Virus record (IMG/VR): IMGVR_UViG_3300003690_002253
Reading direction: 5' to 3' (one strand)
Origin: an uncultured virus (IMG/VR IMGVR_UViG_3300003690_002253)
Lineage: Duplodnaviria; Heunggongvirae; Uroviricota; Caudoviricetes
Length of the DNA stretch: 64,000 nucleotides
The notes beneath the pieces were generated by a model that worked only from the letters and a program-made list of their open reading frames with translations, made no database searches and was not told the DNA's origin. How positions within the stretch are numbered: position 1 is the stretch's first letter; the number at the start of each line of letters is the position of its first letter. The translations under genes were made by a program, and so were the position numbers. Positions 56,812 through 64,000 of the stretch are shown here, in pieces.

Positions 56812-57345
56812 TCAGTCGAAAAGAGCCTCCTCAGGTAACTCCGACAACAAAGGAGCGTTCCTGTCCTTCTCGCTGATAGTGTATTCCCCCCGCATCTCCG
56901 GCCATTCGATCGCTACTTCTGCGTCGTTCCACCGCAACGCTCGATCACTCTCCTGATTGAAAGCCTTCGACTGCACGTAAATTACATCTGCCACAGGGGA
57001 GGTGACCAAAAACCCATGAGCAAATCCTTCCGGCACCCACAAAGCCTGCCCCTCCTCCGCGTCAATTTTATAACCTTTCCACTCTTTGAATGTCGGACTG
57101 GATCTCCTGATGTCCACCACGACATCCAGTATATGTCCACGCAAACAAGTAATGTATTTTCCCACCGGGTTAGGCTTCTGCCAGTGCATGCCCCGTAAAA
57201 CACCCTTCTTGCTGTGAGAGTGATTTACCTGTGTCATTTCCTCTGGAAGAGGGTGGCCAATCCTCAGGCCATTGAACAGCTCTTGGAAAAAGCCCCTCTC
57301 ATCGTAGAACCGGTGAGGAGTTTCGTAGTAAACAGGGCCTTCCAT
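56812..57345 (-). CDS. rmlC: dTDP-4-dehydrorhamnose 3,5-epimerase
   Basis: DERGFF, GVLRGMH, DVVVDIRRSSPTF, GFAHGF, ISEKD. Confidence 0.93.
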   Translation of the reverse strand: MEGPVYYETPHRFYDERGFFQELFNGLRIGHPLPEEMTQVNHSHSKKGVLRGMHWQKPNPVGKYITCLRGHILDVVVDIRRSSPTFKEWKGYKIDAEEGQALWVPEGFAHGFLVTSPVADVIYVQSKAFNQESDRALRWNDAEVAIEWPEMRGEYTISEKDRNAPLLSELPEEALFD

Positions 57346-57356
57346 TCACCGCTCCT

Positions 57357-57704
57357 TTACTGAGGACAATGCATAATGCCCTTGCCCCAGATCCCGTCCT
57401 TAACCGTCTCAGTCAGCCAACCGTCGAGGTTAGCTCCCGTGGAGCCCGACAGATTGAGTCGGATGTCACAACCGTTAAGGTCAAAATTGACTACAGCATC
57501 TGCTGTCACTGTGGCATCACCACCGATAGCAACCCACGTTGTACCGTCATCAGGTGACATTTGAAGTTTAACGGTGCCGCTACCGAAAGTACCTTCAACC
57601 ACCATTTGCCCGACACCGCCGGGCCAATCAAGGGCAGTAGAGTTGCCGTCAGAATCAACACCATTAAAAACTTTCGTAAGGCTAGAATTAGCCATATCAA
57701 TCAA
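57357..57704 (-). CDS. Hypothetical beta-rich (possibly structural) protein
   Basis: GTFGSGTVKLQMSPDDGTTW. Confidence 0.65.
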   Translation of the reverse strand: MIDMANSSLTKVFNGVDSDGNSTALDWPGGVGQMVVEGTFGSGTVKLQMSPDDGTTWVAIGGDATVTADAVVNFDLNGCDIRLNLSGSTGANLDGWLTETVKDGIWGKGIMHCPQ

Positions 57705-57709
57705 TCTCC

Positions 57710-58273
57710 TTATCTAATTCTCTGAGTAGTACCATAAGCAGCACCAGAAGCTGCCGATCTTGCGGGAGAATAGGCAATCCCAGCTATACCAGTGGGAACT
57801 GGCGCGTCTCCACATTCGAAAAAGGTCTGATAAATTGTAGTAGTTGGCGTCATCATCCCCATTTGATCAGTGGCGACAAACACCAAACTTAAAGCACCAT
57901 AATTAGTAATGCTGTTAGCCTCCGCAGACGACAAAGTGAATGTATAGTCTGTTGCTGACCCTGTCATAGCGTCAAAAGTGTCGCTTGCAATTGTAGTTGC
58001 TCCCTGCTTAAGAGTAACAACCAAATTAACGTAAGAAGATCCACTGTCCTCAGAGGCTCTAACGGTCACTACGTGCAAGTCACTCGCCACAGGATCTGTC
58101 ACGCTGCCCAAACCAACTTGAAACGTCTCCGGAGTGTCATCGGCATGAGTAACTGACACATAGTCATCGTCGTCGTGACTTACCTCGTCTATCATAGCCC
58201 AAAGATCAGAACCCGACGATGGACTCCAGTTCCCCTCACTGACGTCAGAATTTGGGCGTGCAAATTGTGTCAT
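57710..58273 (-). CDS. Hypothetical beta-rich (possibly structural) protein
   Basis: 187 aa, S/T/D-rich. Confidence 0.65.
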   Translation of the reverse strand: MTQFARPNSDVSEGNWSPSSGSDLWAMIDEVSHDDDDYVSVTHADDTPETFQVGLGSVTDPVASDLHVVTVRASEDSGSSYVNLVVTLKQGATTIASDTFDAMTGSATDYTFTLSSAEANSITNYGALSLVFVATDQMGMMTPTTTIYQTFFECGDAPVPTGIAGIAYSPARSAASGAAYGTTQRIR

Positions 58274-58316
58274 AACGTTTTGTCCTTAAACAAACTCCAC
58301 TCCACCATTCTACACA

Positions 58317-58661
58317 TCATATCTGACTACCTCCATAATACAGGTACCAAATGACAAACAACTGGAAAGCAGTGACGCCGAGTGTTGCACCCCACCCCCA
58401 ACCTGATCGTACCTTACGCAGCCACTGACACAAGCGAATAACTAGATATGTATTCAGCACCTTGAGCGCACACAAGAGCCCAATACCGTTTATGTTGTGA
58501 GAATTTCCCAATTTGATAATAAAAACAGCGAGAGGATTCTTCTCAAACTCTAACAGTGTTGGACCCATGTGTACTGACCAAAACACATCTACCGCCGTCA
58601 CCATGAAAATAATGAATAAGCAGCATTCAAACATCATGTTGGCTTTCCGCAGCTTACGCAT
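58317..58661 (-). CDS. Three-TM membrane protein
   Basis: D...EKNP motif between hydrophobic helices. Confidence 0.65.
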   Translation of the reverse strand: MRKLRKANMMFECCLFIIFMVTAVDVFWSVHMGPTLLEFEKNPLAVFIIKLGNSHNINGIGLLCALKVLNTYLVIRLCQWLRKVRSGWGWGATLGVTAFQLFVIWYLYYGGSQI

Positions 58662-58732
58662 ATGCCGCCCTCCGTGGCTTGCATGTTCGACTGTACTTAA
58701 CTCCTAAGGCAGAATAGAAACCCCCAAATGTT

Positions 58733-59311
58733 CTACCCTTCAGTCATATAGCTATCACGGGCATATCCAAATGTTTCAAAATCCTCACGATAGATGTCCC
58801 ATATCCTATCCGCCACGCTCTGGTCAGCGTAATACTCTTTGGGAGACAAGTGATAAGAACTTTGAAAAGTATTTTCTCGAAACTTGAAATCCTTCGGAAA
58901 AGAAGGGATCTTTTTCAAATCCTTTTCCAAACATTCTAAATGAATAAAGTAGTCCACGTCTTCAATCCGTGGACCCAGCACAAAAGTGACCGGGAAAATG
59001 TGTCCCGGAACACCGTCTTTTCTGGTCACCGGAAACGGATGATGCACAAAATCCGGAAACGAATCAGGATGATAAGCAGACTCGCTAATCAAGTTCATCC
59101 ACTTCCACACCGACAACGCACGAAGATAAGGATTTCTAACAGAGCATACCACCTCATACTCGGCATACTTGGGATCACAGCCAATATCATGTGTCATGCG
59201 AAAATCAAACGAGTACGCCTGCTTCAAACACTCAAACACGTACCTAGAGCCGGTCCTCGGTAAACCCCAGTAGACAAGTTTTTCGCTGTGGATGTAATTC
59301 ACATTCGCCAC
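58733..59311 (-). CDS. Carbohydrate sulfotransferase (Sulfotransfer_2-like)
   Basis: LPRTGSRYV, VRNPYLRALS, IHLECLEKDL, YREDFETFGY. Confidence 0.85.
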   Translation of the reverse strand: MANVNYIHSEKLVYWGLPRTGSRYVFECLKQAYSFDFRMTHDIGCDPKYAEYEVVCSVRNPYLRALSVWKWMNLISESAYHPDSFPDFVHHPFPVTRKDGVPGHIFPVTFVLGPRIEDVDYFIHLECLEKDLKKIPSFPKDFKFRENTFQSSYHLSPKEYYADQSVADRIWDIYREDFETFGYARDSYMTEG

Positions 59312-59313
59312 CT

Positions 59314-59348
59314 AAAAGGGGCCGAGAACATTGTCCCCGGCCCCTTTT
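59314..59348. terminator. Bidirectional terminator-like hairpin
   Basis: AAAAGGGGCCG...CGGCCCCTTTT. Confidence 0.7.
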
Positions 59349-59476
59349 GTTGCACGCGTGCAATTAACTCTGAACTTATTTAGTAAGCCCCCAGAGAGTG
59401 TTTGGGGCTCTATTAGAAACAGCTTAATGCTGTGTTACTACAATCTAACAGATGCGAATACATAAACCAATATTTA

Positions 59477-60076
59477 TTAGTAACGCAACAACCCCCACAC
59501 TTGACTGTCGACATAGTGACTACCAGAGGCCGGAGTACGGTTGTTTTTGTCGTACTCTTTCCTGACATACACAGCCTCTCGCTTGAGTCCTTCCATAATG
59601 AAACCCGCAGCCGAAGCACACTTCTGAGACGCGATGTTTGACACCAGTATCTCCGCCGTTAATCTTCGTAGGTTGAGAAAATTGAAGGAAAAGGACGCAC
59701 CACCTTTAACAATAATCTTCCCTATCCCCATGCCCCTGTAATCCGGCATGAGGTCCCACCCTGCATCAGCACAACGATTGATGTAGTCAATGTTAGCAAG
59801 CTTGAAAAATCCTACGACGTCCTTTTCTTTGCCCTCTCGCTGCACCAGCGTAAGAAACAGCTTGTCGGGCTGGTTAACATCTGTTTGCATGCTGTCAAAC
59901 CAGCGCTCTTGATCCTCTTCGTTAACAATGGTGCCGGTGTGCGTGTTCCCCCACGTTTCCGCTTTCAGCTCTGACAACAGCCGTAGGTCTCCTCTCGCTA
60001 GCTTGCGGAAACCAAAGTTCTCGTCACACACATAAAGGGTTGGTATGTTCATCGAGCCTCCACCAATCAAAGTCAT
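59477..60076 (-). CDS. GNAT N-acetyltransferase (RimJ/PseH-like)
   Basis: YRGMGIG, NLRRLTAEILVSNIASQK...GFIMEG. Confidence 0.88.
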   Translation of the reverse strand: MTLIGGGSMNIPTLYVCDENFGFRKLARGDLRLLSELKAETWGNTHTGTIVNEEDQERWFDSMQTDVNQPDKLFLTLVQREGKEKDVVGFFKLANIDYINRCADAGWDLMPDYRGMGIGKIIVKGGASFSFNFLNLRRLTAEILVSNIASQKCASAAGFIMEGLKREAVYVRKEYDKNNRTPASGSHYVDSQVWGLLRY

Positions 60077-60876
60077 TCAACATTTCTGATAGCTCCCTCA
60101 TAGGAGATGGGACGCAATAAGGTCTCACCCTCCGTAGTGAAGGAGACCGCGTCTGATACGTGACGCCCCGGAAAAGGACCTCCATAGGGAATGTCCTTCT
60201 TCGTAGCCATACAGAAAAACGGAAAAACATAGTCTACGGACATGTCGATTATCTTGAATCCCTGATCTGTAAATTTGCGTAAAAACAAACGTTGGCAGGC
60301 ATCCCCGTGCTTGTAAATGTGCCAACGACTATCAATTCCCGGCAGTGAAAACGTGTTACGTGTCCTGAATGCCGCCAAGTTAATAATACCATTGGAATTA
60401 GATGACAAGTTGTATTTCCAACAACAGGAACAATAAACAACCCGGTCTCGATTCTCCTTGTCCGTAAAGTATCTCATTACCATCTCGGTGTCAAAACCCA
60501 CCTTACACGGTATGTAGTCATCTTCTATCAGGAAGGAGAAATCCAAGCCATCCGCATGATTGATCAATGCGTGTTCCCATGCCCCATATGAGAAGGCGTA
60601 ATTCGGTCGTGAACAAATAACCCACTCACGATCATCTTCAGAGTTCTTAGCTTCAATGATGGAAACAGCTTCCTTGTAAACTTCATCATCAGAGCCATCT
60701 TCACGCAGGTTACAGACGAAAATCACACGCTCTATGTGTGTGGCACACTCCGTAAGAACCTTCACGTGCTCACGAAGACAATAAAGAGGGTCAACATCTC
60801 CCCAGTGTTCTGTCCACGAACGACGAGGGCCGAAGTATACCGCACAAACGTATCCCGTTCTCATGGTCTCAGGCAT
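60073..60876 (-). CDS. Putative glycosyltransferase, paralogue of next gene
   Basis: RPNYAFSYGAW, FLIEDDY. Confidence 0.6.
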   Translation of the reverse strand: MPETMRTGYVCAVYFGPRRSWTEHWGDVDPLYCLREHVKVLTECATHIERVIFVCNLREDGSDDEVYKEAVSIIEAKNSEDDREWVICSRPNYAFSYGAWEHALINHADGLDFSFLIEDDYIPCKVGFDTEMVMRYFTDKENRDRVVYCSCCWKYNLSSNSNGIINLAAFRTRNTFSLPGIDSRWHIYKHGDACQRLFLRKFTDQGFKIIDMSVDYVFPFFCMATKKDIPYGGPFPGRHVSDAVSFTTEGETLLRPISYEGAIRNVE

Positions 60877-61732
60877 CTACAGTAGCTCCTCCCGACAACA
60901 CAGAGAAACCCGCCATGTCTTCCACATGCAAATCTTCTGGAAAGATATGAACCTTCCGTTGCTGCGATTCAACAGAAGACATCCCGTGCTTATGAGCATC
61001 TTTTACCACCAGCTGGATGGGAACAAAGACAACAGAGCCGTTACAGTTACCGAAATAAGACATTTTACGTGCGCGGTAATGCATGAAAGGCATGTAGTAC
61101 TCCGCCGCCATATTTCGAATGCTTAATCCCTTGTCCTCGAATGTTGTCAAAAACTGTGCTTGAGCATGAGGCCCATTACTCTTACCAACATCATCCAAGT
61201 AGAACGTATTTCCATTGTCACGAAACACTTTAACGTTGATGAGCCCGTTAGAGATGGCAGCATGCCCCGGATCGTGTTTACCTGCGGAGACAAACCACGA
61301 AGCACAGAAAAGAACGTTCTCCCTGTCCTCTTCCGTAGAGTAGTACCGAGAGAGTATCTCCGCATCAAACCCGTGTTTACAAACCACGTAGTCGTCTTCT
61401 ACCAAGAAAGCAAAGTCAATGTCGTCACAGTTCCCTTGAAGCGAGGCGTTCCATGCGCCATAAGAAAAATGCTTATTGGGACGACGAAAAAGAGTAATAG
61501 GGATGTCAGTCGTCTTCTGATACTCAGCTACCTTCTTTTCCATCTCCTCAAAGTGTGCAAGATGATGATCGTCCGCATTGCAGGGAATTATTATGCTGTC
61601 AATACACGTAGCATTTTTGAAAAGCCACGGGAGATAGTCGTCCACATAGAAGTTGAGAGTGCCCCTCTTCTGGCCGCACCTCGGTCCGAGAAAAGTAGCG
61701 CTGATGTAAGCTATTTTATGTCCATTCCACAT
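60869..61732 (-). CDS. Putative glycosyltransferase
   Basis: RPNKHFSYGAW, FLVEDDY. Confidence 0.6.
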   Translation of the reverse strand: MWNGHKIAYISATFLGPRCGQKRGTLNFYVDDYLPWLFKNATCIDSIIIPCNADDHHLAHFEEMEKKVAEYQKTTDIPITLFRRPNKHFSYGAWNASLQGNCDDIDFAFLVEDDYVVCKHGFDAEILSRYYSTEEDRENVLFCASWFVSAGKHDPGHAAISNGLINVKVFRDNGNTFYLDDVGKSNGPHAQAQFLTTFEDKGLSIRNMAAEYYMPFMHYRARKMSYFGNCNGSVVFVPIQLVVKDAHKHGMSSVESQQRKVHIFPEDLHVEDMAGFSVLSGGATVDA

Positions 61733-61733
61733 A

Positions 61734-62855
61734 CTACCACCCAGACCTGATCACACTCACAATGTGGTCTATATCTTTAGCCTCGACCCACCAACCACAC
61801 GGAATACAAATCATGTCTGAGCACACCTCGTCTGTGCCGGGGAGGGGAACTCGGTACTTGGCAAGACAGGTATGCTTGTCGTTACGGTCATGTACTCGAC
61901 TACACGCAATCCCTTCCCCCTGCAACTTCTTCACAAAGTCATCTCTTCGCTCTACTCGCAATGTGTAAATCCAGTACGAGGAACGACATCTCTCAGGCAT
62001 GTGATCCAGCAATGTAATGCCATCTACGTCACCCAAGGCAGCATCATAAAGCATCCCGTTGGTTCTATGAGCATGGACGATTTCTTTGATTGATGCGAAG
62101 TTCTGGATGCCGATGACGGCATTAATGTCATTCATGTGGAACTTGTATCCCCATTCTGACACGTTCTGCTCGCACCGCATGTCAGGACTCTTCTCCCGAT
62201 CCAATCCAAACCACCTGAGCAGCTTGGCCCTTCGATGCGACTCGTAATCAGGAGAGATGAGCACACCACCGTCACCTGTTGTAAGGTGTTTGATGGCCTG
62301 AAAGCTGTGTGCCACGAAATTACCGTGGTTCCCAAGCACCTTTCCGTCCCATTCTGCCCCGAAAGCATGGGCAGCATCCTCGATAATGGGCGGTCTGTAG
62401 CCATAAAGGTGCTCAGATTCGTCCTGAACGGCCCTCAGAGCGTCCAGATCGCACGGAGTGCCTCCCCAGTGGACAACCATGATCCCAGCGACGTCTGGCC
62501 CCAGCTTACGCCGTAGATCCTGCATATCTACATTGCAGGTGGCCGGGTCGGTATCTACCCAGCGAATGTCGTATCCATTCGCCAGTATGGGGAAGTTGGT
62601 AGCTGTGCAGGTGAGAGGGATCGTGAGTATCGTGTTACGATCGCCTGCATGCTTTCGAATAAGGTGCAATGCCAGATGAAGAGCAGACGTACCAGCATTC
62701 ACAGCAGCACACAAAGAAGTACTCGTGTACTCCTTCAGTAGCTCCTCGAACTCGTCAACCTTCGGACCTTGTGCAATGTATCCGGATTGAAGAACGTCAC
62801 TGAGAGGGGATGTCACGCCCTCGGCGACAAAGACTTTGAACAACGGGATGTTCAC
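61734..62855 (-). CDS. DegT/DnrJ/EryC1/StrS nucleotide-sugar aminotransferase
   Basis: GTSALHLAL, IEDAAHAFG, SFQAIKHLTTGDGG. Confidence 0.93.
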   Translation of the reverse strand: MNIPLFKVFVAEGVTSPLSDVLQSGYIAQGPKVDEFEELLKEYTSTSLCAAVNAGTSALHLALHLIRKHAGDRNTILTIPLTCTATNFPILANGYDIRWVDTDPATCNVDMQDLRRKLGPDVAGIMVVHWGGTPCDLDALRAVQDESEHLYGYRPPIIEDAAHAFGAEWDGKVLGNHGNFVAHSFQAIKHLTTGDGGVLISPDYESHRRAKLLRWFGLDREKSPDMRCEQNVSEWGYKFHMNDINAVIGIQNFASIKEIVHAHRTNGMLYDAALGDVDGITLLDHMPERCRSSYWIYTLRVERRDDFVKKLQGEGIACSRVHDRNDKHTCLAKYRVPLPGTDEVCSDMICIPCGWWVEAKDIDHIVSVIRSGW

Positions 62856-62858
62856 TTG

Positions 62859-63224
62859 TTACTCCTTGGATTTAAATGGAATCGCCTCCCCGTTTCTTCG
62901 TAGTATATCAAAACATTCGGTACAACCCATGTGTGTCCCCTCATGTGATGAAATATAATGATAGGCTCTAACCTGCATGTTTGAAGTGAGCCTCCATCGA
63001 GAAGCCATCCCAGTCAGCAGTTGATACGTGGACTTGACGTCCTCTCGTGCCTCTGCCTCTCGCAACTTTGCCGCCTCTTCAGAATCCTCTATCTGCTGCC
63101 GCAACTCAGATATTCGCGTTTCAAGAGCACCAACATGCTGAAGCGAAACCATGCTGAATACTACCGAGGATGTTAGAAGAAGACAAAACAACAAGTTAAG
63201 TCCGATTTCACGTCGCATAACCAT
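62859..63224 (-). CDS. N-terminally anchored coiled-coil protein
   Basis: TM helix then coiled coil. Confidence 0.6.
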   Translation of the reverse strand: MVMRREIGLNLLFCLLLTSSVVFSMVSLQHVGALETRISELRQQIEDSEEAAKLREAEAREDVKSTYQLLTGMASRWRLTSNMQVRAYHYISSHEGTHMGCTECFDILRRNGEAIPFKSKE

Positions 63225-63543
63225 TTCCTCCTAGGGTTATCTTCCCTTCTGTACTTCGTGGCGGTGCTTGGGGTCTCGCCGGAACCGGGAATGGAATAGG
63301 GATGACTGGCTGTATCTGAATGAATATTGGTTTACTCATCATCTCCAGCTGCCCCTTTTCCAGCGCCTCAAGCCGCTGGTTAACACTCTGACCATCTCCA
63401 TGGTCAACTTCGTACCTACGAACTTCTCTTCCTGTTAAGCCTCCCAAAAGAAGCAGAGATATAACAGATAAAAAAGAAGCAATCCTACTCTTTCGCCGAA
63501 CTTTGACTTTTGATCCAACAAGATCAACAGATTGATGAGACAT
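63208..63543 (-). CDS. Hypothetical membrane protein
   Basis: One TM helix, Pro-rich tail, GGAGG SD. Confidence 0.6.
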   Translation of the reverse strand: MSHQSVDLVGSKVKVRRKSRIASFLSVISLLLLGGLTGREVRRYEVDHGDGQSVNQRLEALEKGQLEMMSKPIFIQIQPVIPIPFPVPARPQAPPRSTEGKITLGGNGYAT

Positions 63544-63573
63544 TTTCGCCCTCCTTGGCTTAAATCTCGAAAT

Positions 63574-63801
63574 TTACAGGTTCCTCGCATACACTTGCCA
63601 AAACACATGGCCACACAAAAAGCCTGCCATAAAAGATATGACAGGCCACTGTCTTGCCGACTCGTATAACACAACACTAACCGTAGCATCTTCGTTCCCG
63701 GTGCAAAGAAGATAGGCGTCCCAACTTCCCATCGCGAGAACAATAAATACGATTAACATCCGTGTTATAACTACATGATCCATCTGAGCCTCCTTGCTCA
63801 T
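63574..63801 (-). CDS. Small two-TM protein
   Basis: 75 aa, two hydrophobic helices. Confidence 0.6.
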   Translation of the reverse strand: MSKEAQMDHVVITRMLIVFIVLAMGSWDAYLLCTGNEDATVSVVLYESARQWPVISFMAGFLCGHVFWQVYARNL

Positions 63802-63874
63802 CAGAGTCGCTACATATATTTTCCTTTTTTAGACTGCCTGAGTCTAGGTCATCCCTGTTAATTAACGCTGGTAA

Positions 63875-64000
63875 TTACAGCAACGCAGCTAGACGTCCGA
63901 GTTGTGCTGTCTTACCAAACTGATTAGGACTACCTGTGCGTACCAGCCCGGGCATCTTCTCCGCCCGGTGCTTAAACCAGTTTTCCCTCGCTGCCCTTGC
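63875..64000 (-). CDS. 3' end of a gene ending GKTAQLGRLAALL (partial)
   Basis: Open frame of 41 codons plus TAA read manually; carries the terminal tag motif. Confidence 0.6.
   Translation of the reverse strand, partial: ARAARENWFKHRAEKMPGLVRTGSPNQFGKTAQLGRLAALL

Noticed and set aside
9112..62679. Numerous plus-strand ORFs of 60-230 aa in the track
   Set aside because: Antisense shadows of well-supported minus-strand genes; only csrA is credible
1..64000. Alternative genetic code (stop reassignment) as in some jumbo phages
   Set aside because: Long intact ORFs under the standard code; TAG, TGA and TAA all end recognisable genes
1..64000. Eukaryotic giant virus or bacterial chromosome origin
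   Set aside because: SD sites, intrinsic terminators, CsrA and bacterial-type RNAP motifs argue against a eukaryotic virus; head-neck-sheath synteny and lack of ribosomal protein genes near rpoBC argue against a chromosome

Overview
A 64 kb piece of a large tailed bacteriophage genome (probably a jumbo myovirus). Almost all genes are on the minus strand, use the standard genetic code and have Shine-Dalgarno sites. The host may be Planctomycetota, inferred only from the CsrA sequence. Read in transcription order (right to left): (1) a ~17 kb glycan island with a DegT aminotransferase, a GNAT, RmlB, RmlC, several glycosyltransferases and three sulfotransferase-like genes, interrupted by peptidase and phosphoesterase genes; (2) a LuxR-HTH gene, three paralogues with an identical leader peptide, a lone plus-strand csrA, a polyvalent NTase+ART+SET protein, a second SET protein and a class II ribonucleotide reductase; (3) putative internal-virion proteins surrounding a bacterial-type RNA polymerase encoded as a beta/beta'-N fusion plus a separate beta'-C gene; (4) prohead protease, scaffold, decoration protein, major capsid, neck proteins and a truncated sheath-like gene. 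The most striking signal is a candidate cargo-packaging system. A short (A/S)xLGRxAA tag sits at the N- or C-terminus of six proteins, always with a K-x-A motif on the cargo side. K-x-A also recurs across head proteins and at some domain boundaries of multi-domain proteins. All calls come from motif recognition by eye; no searches were run.
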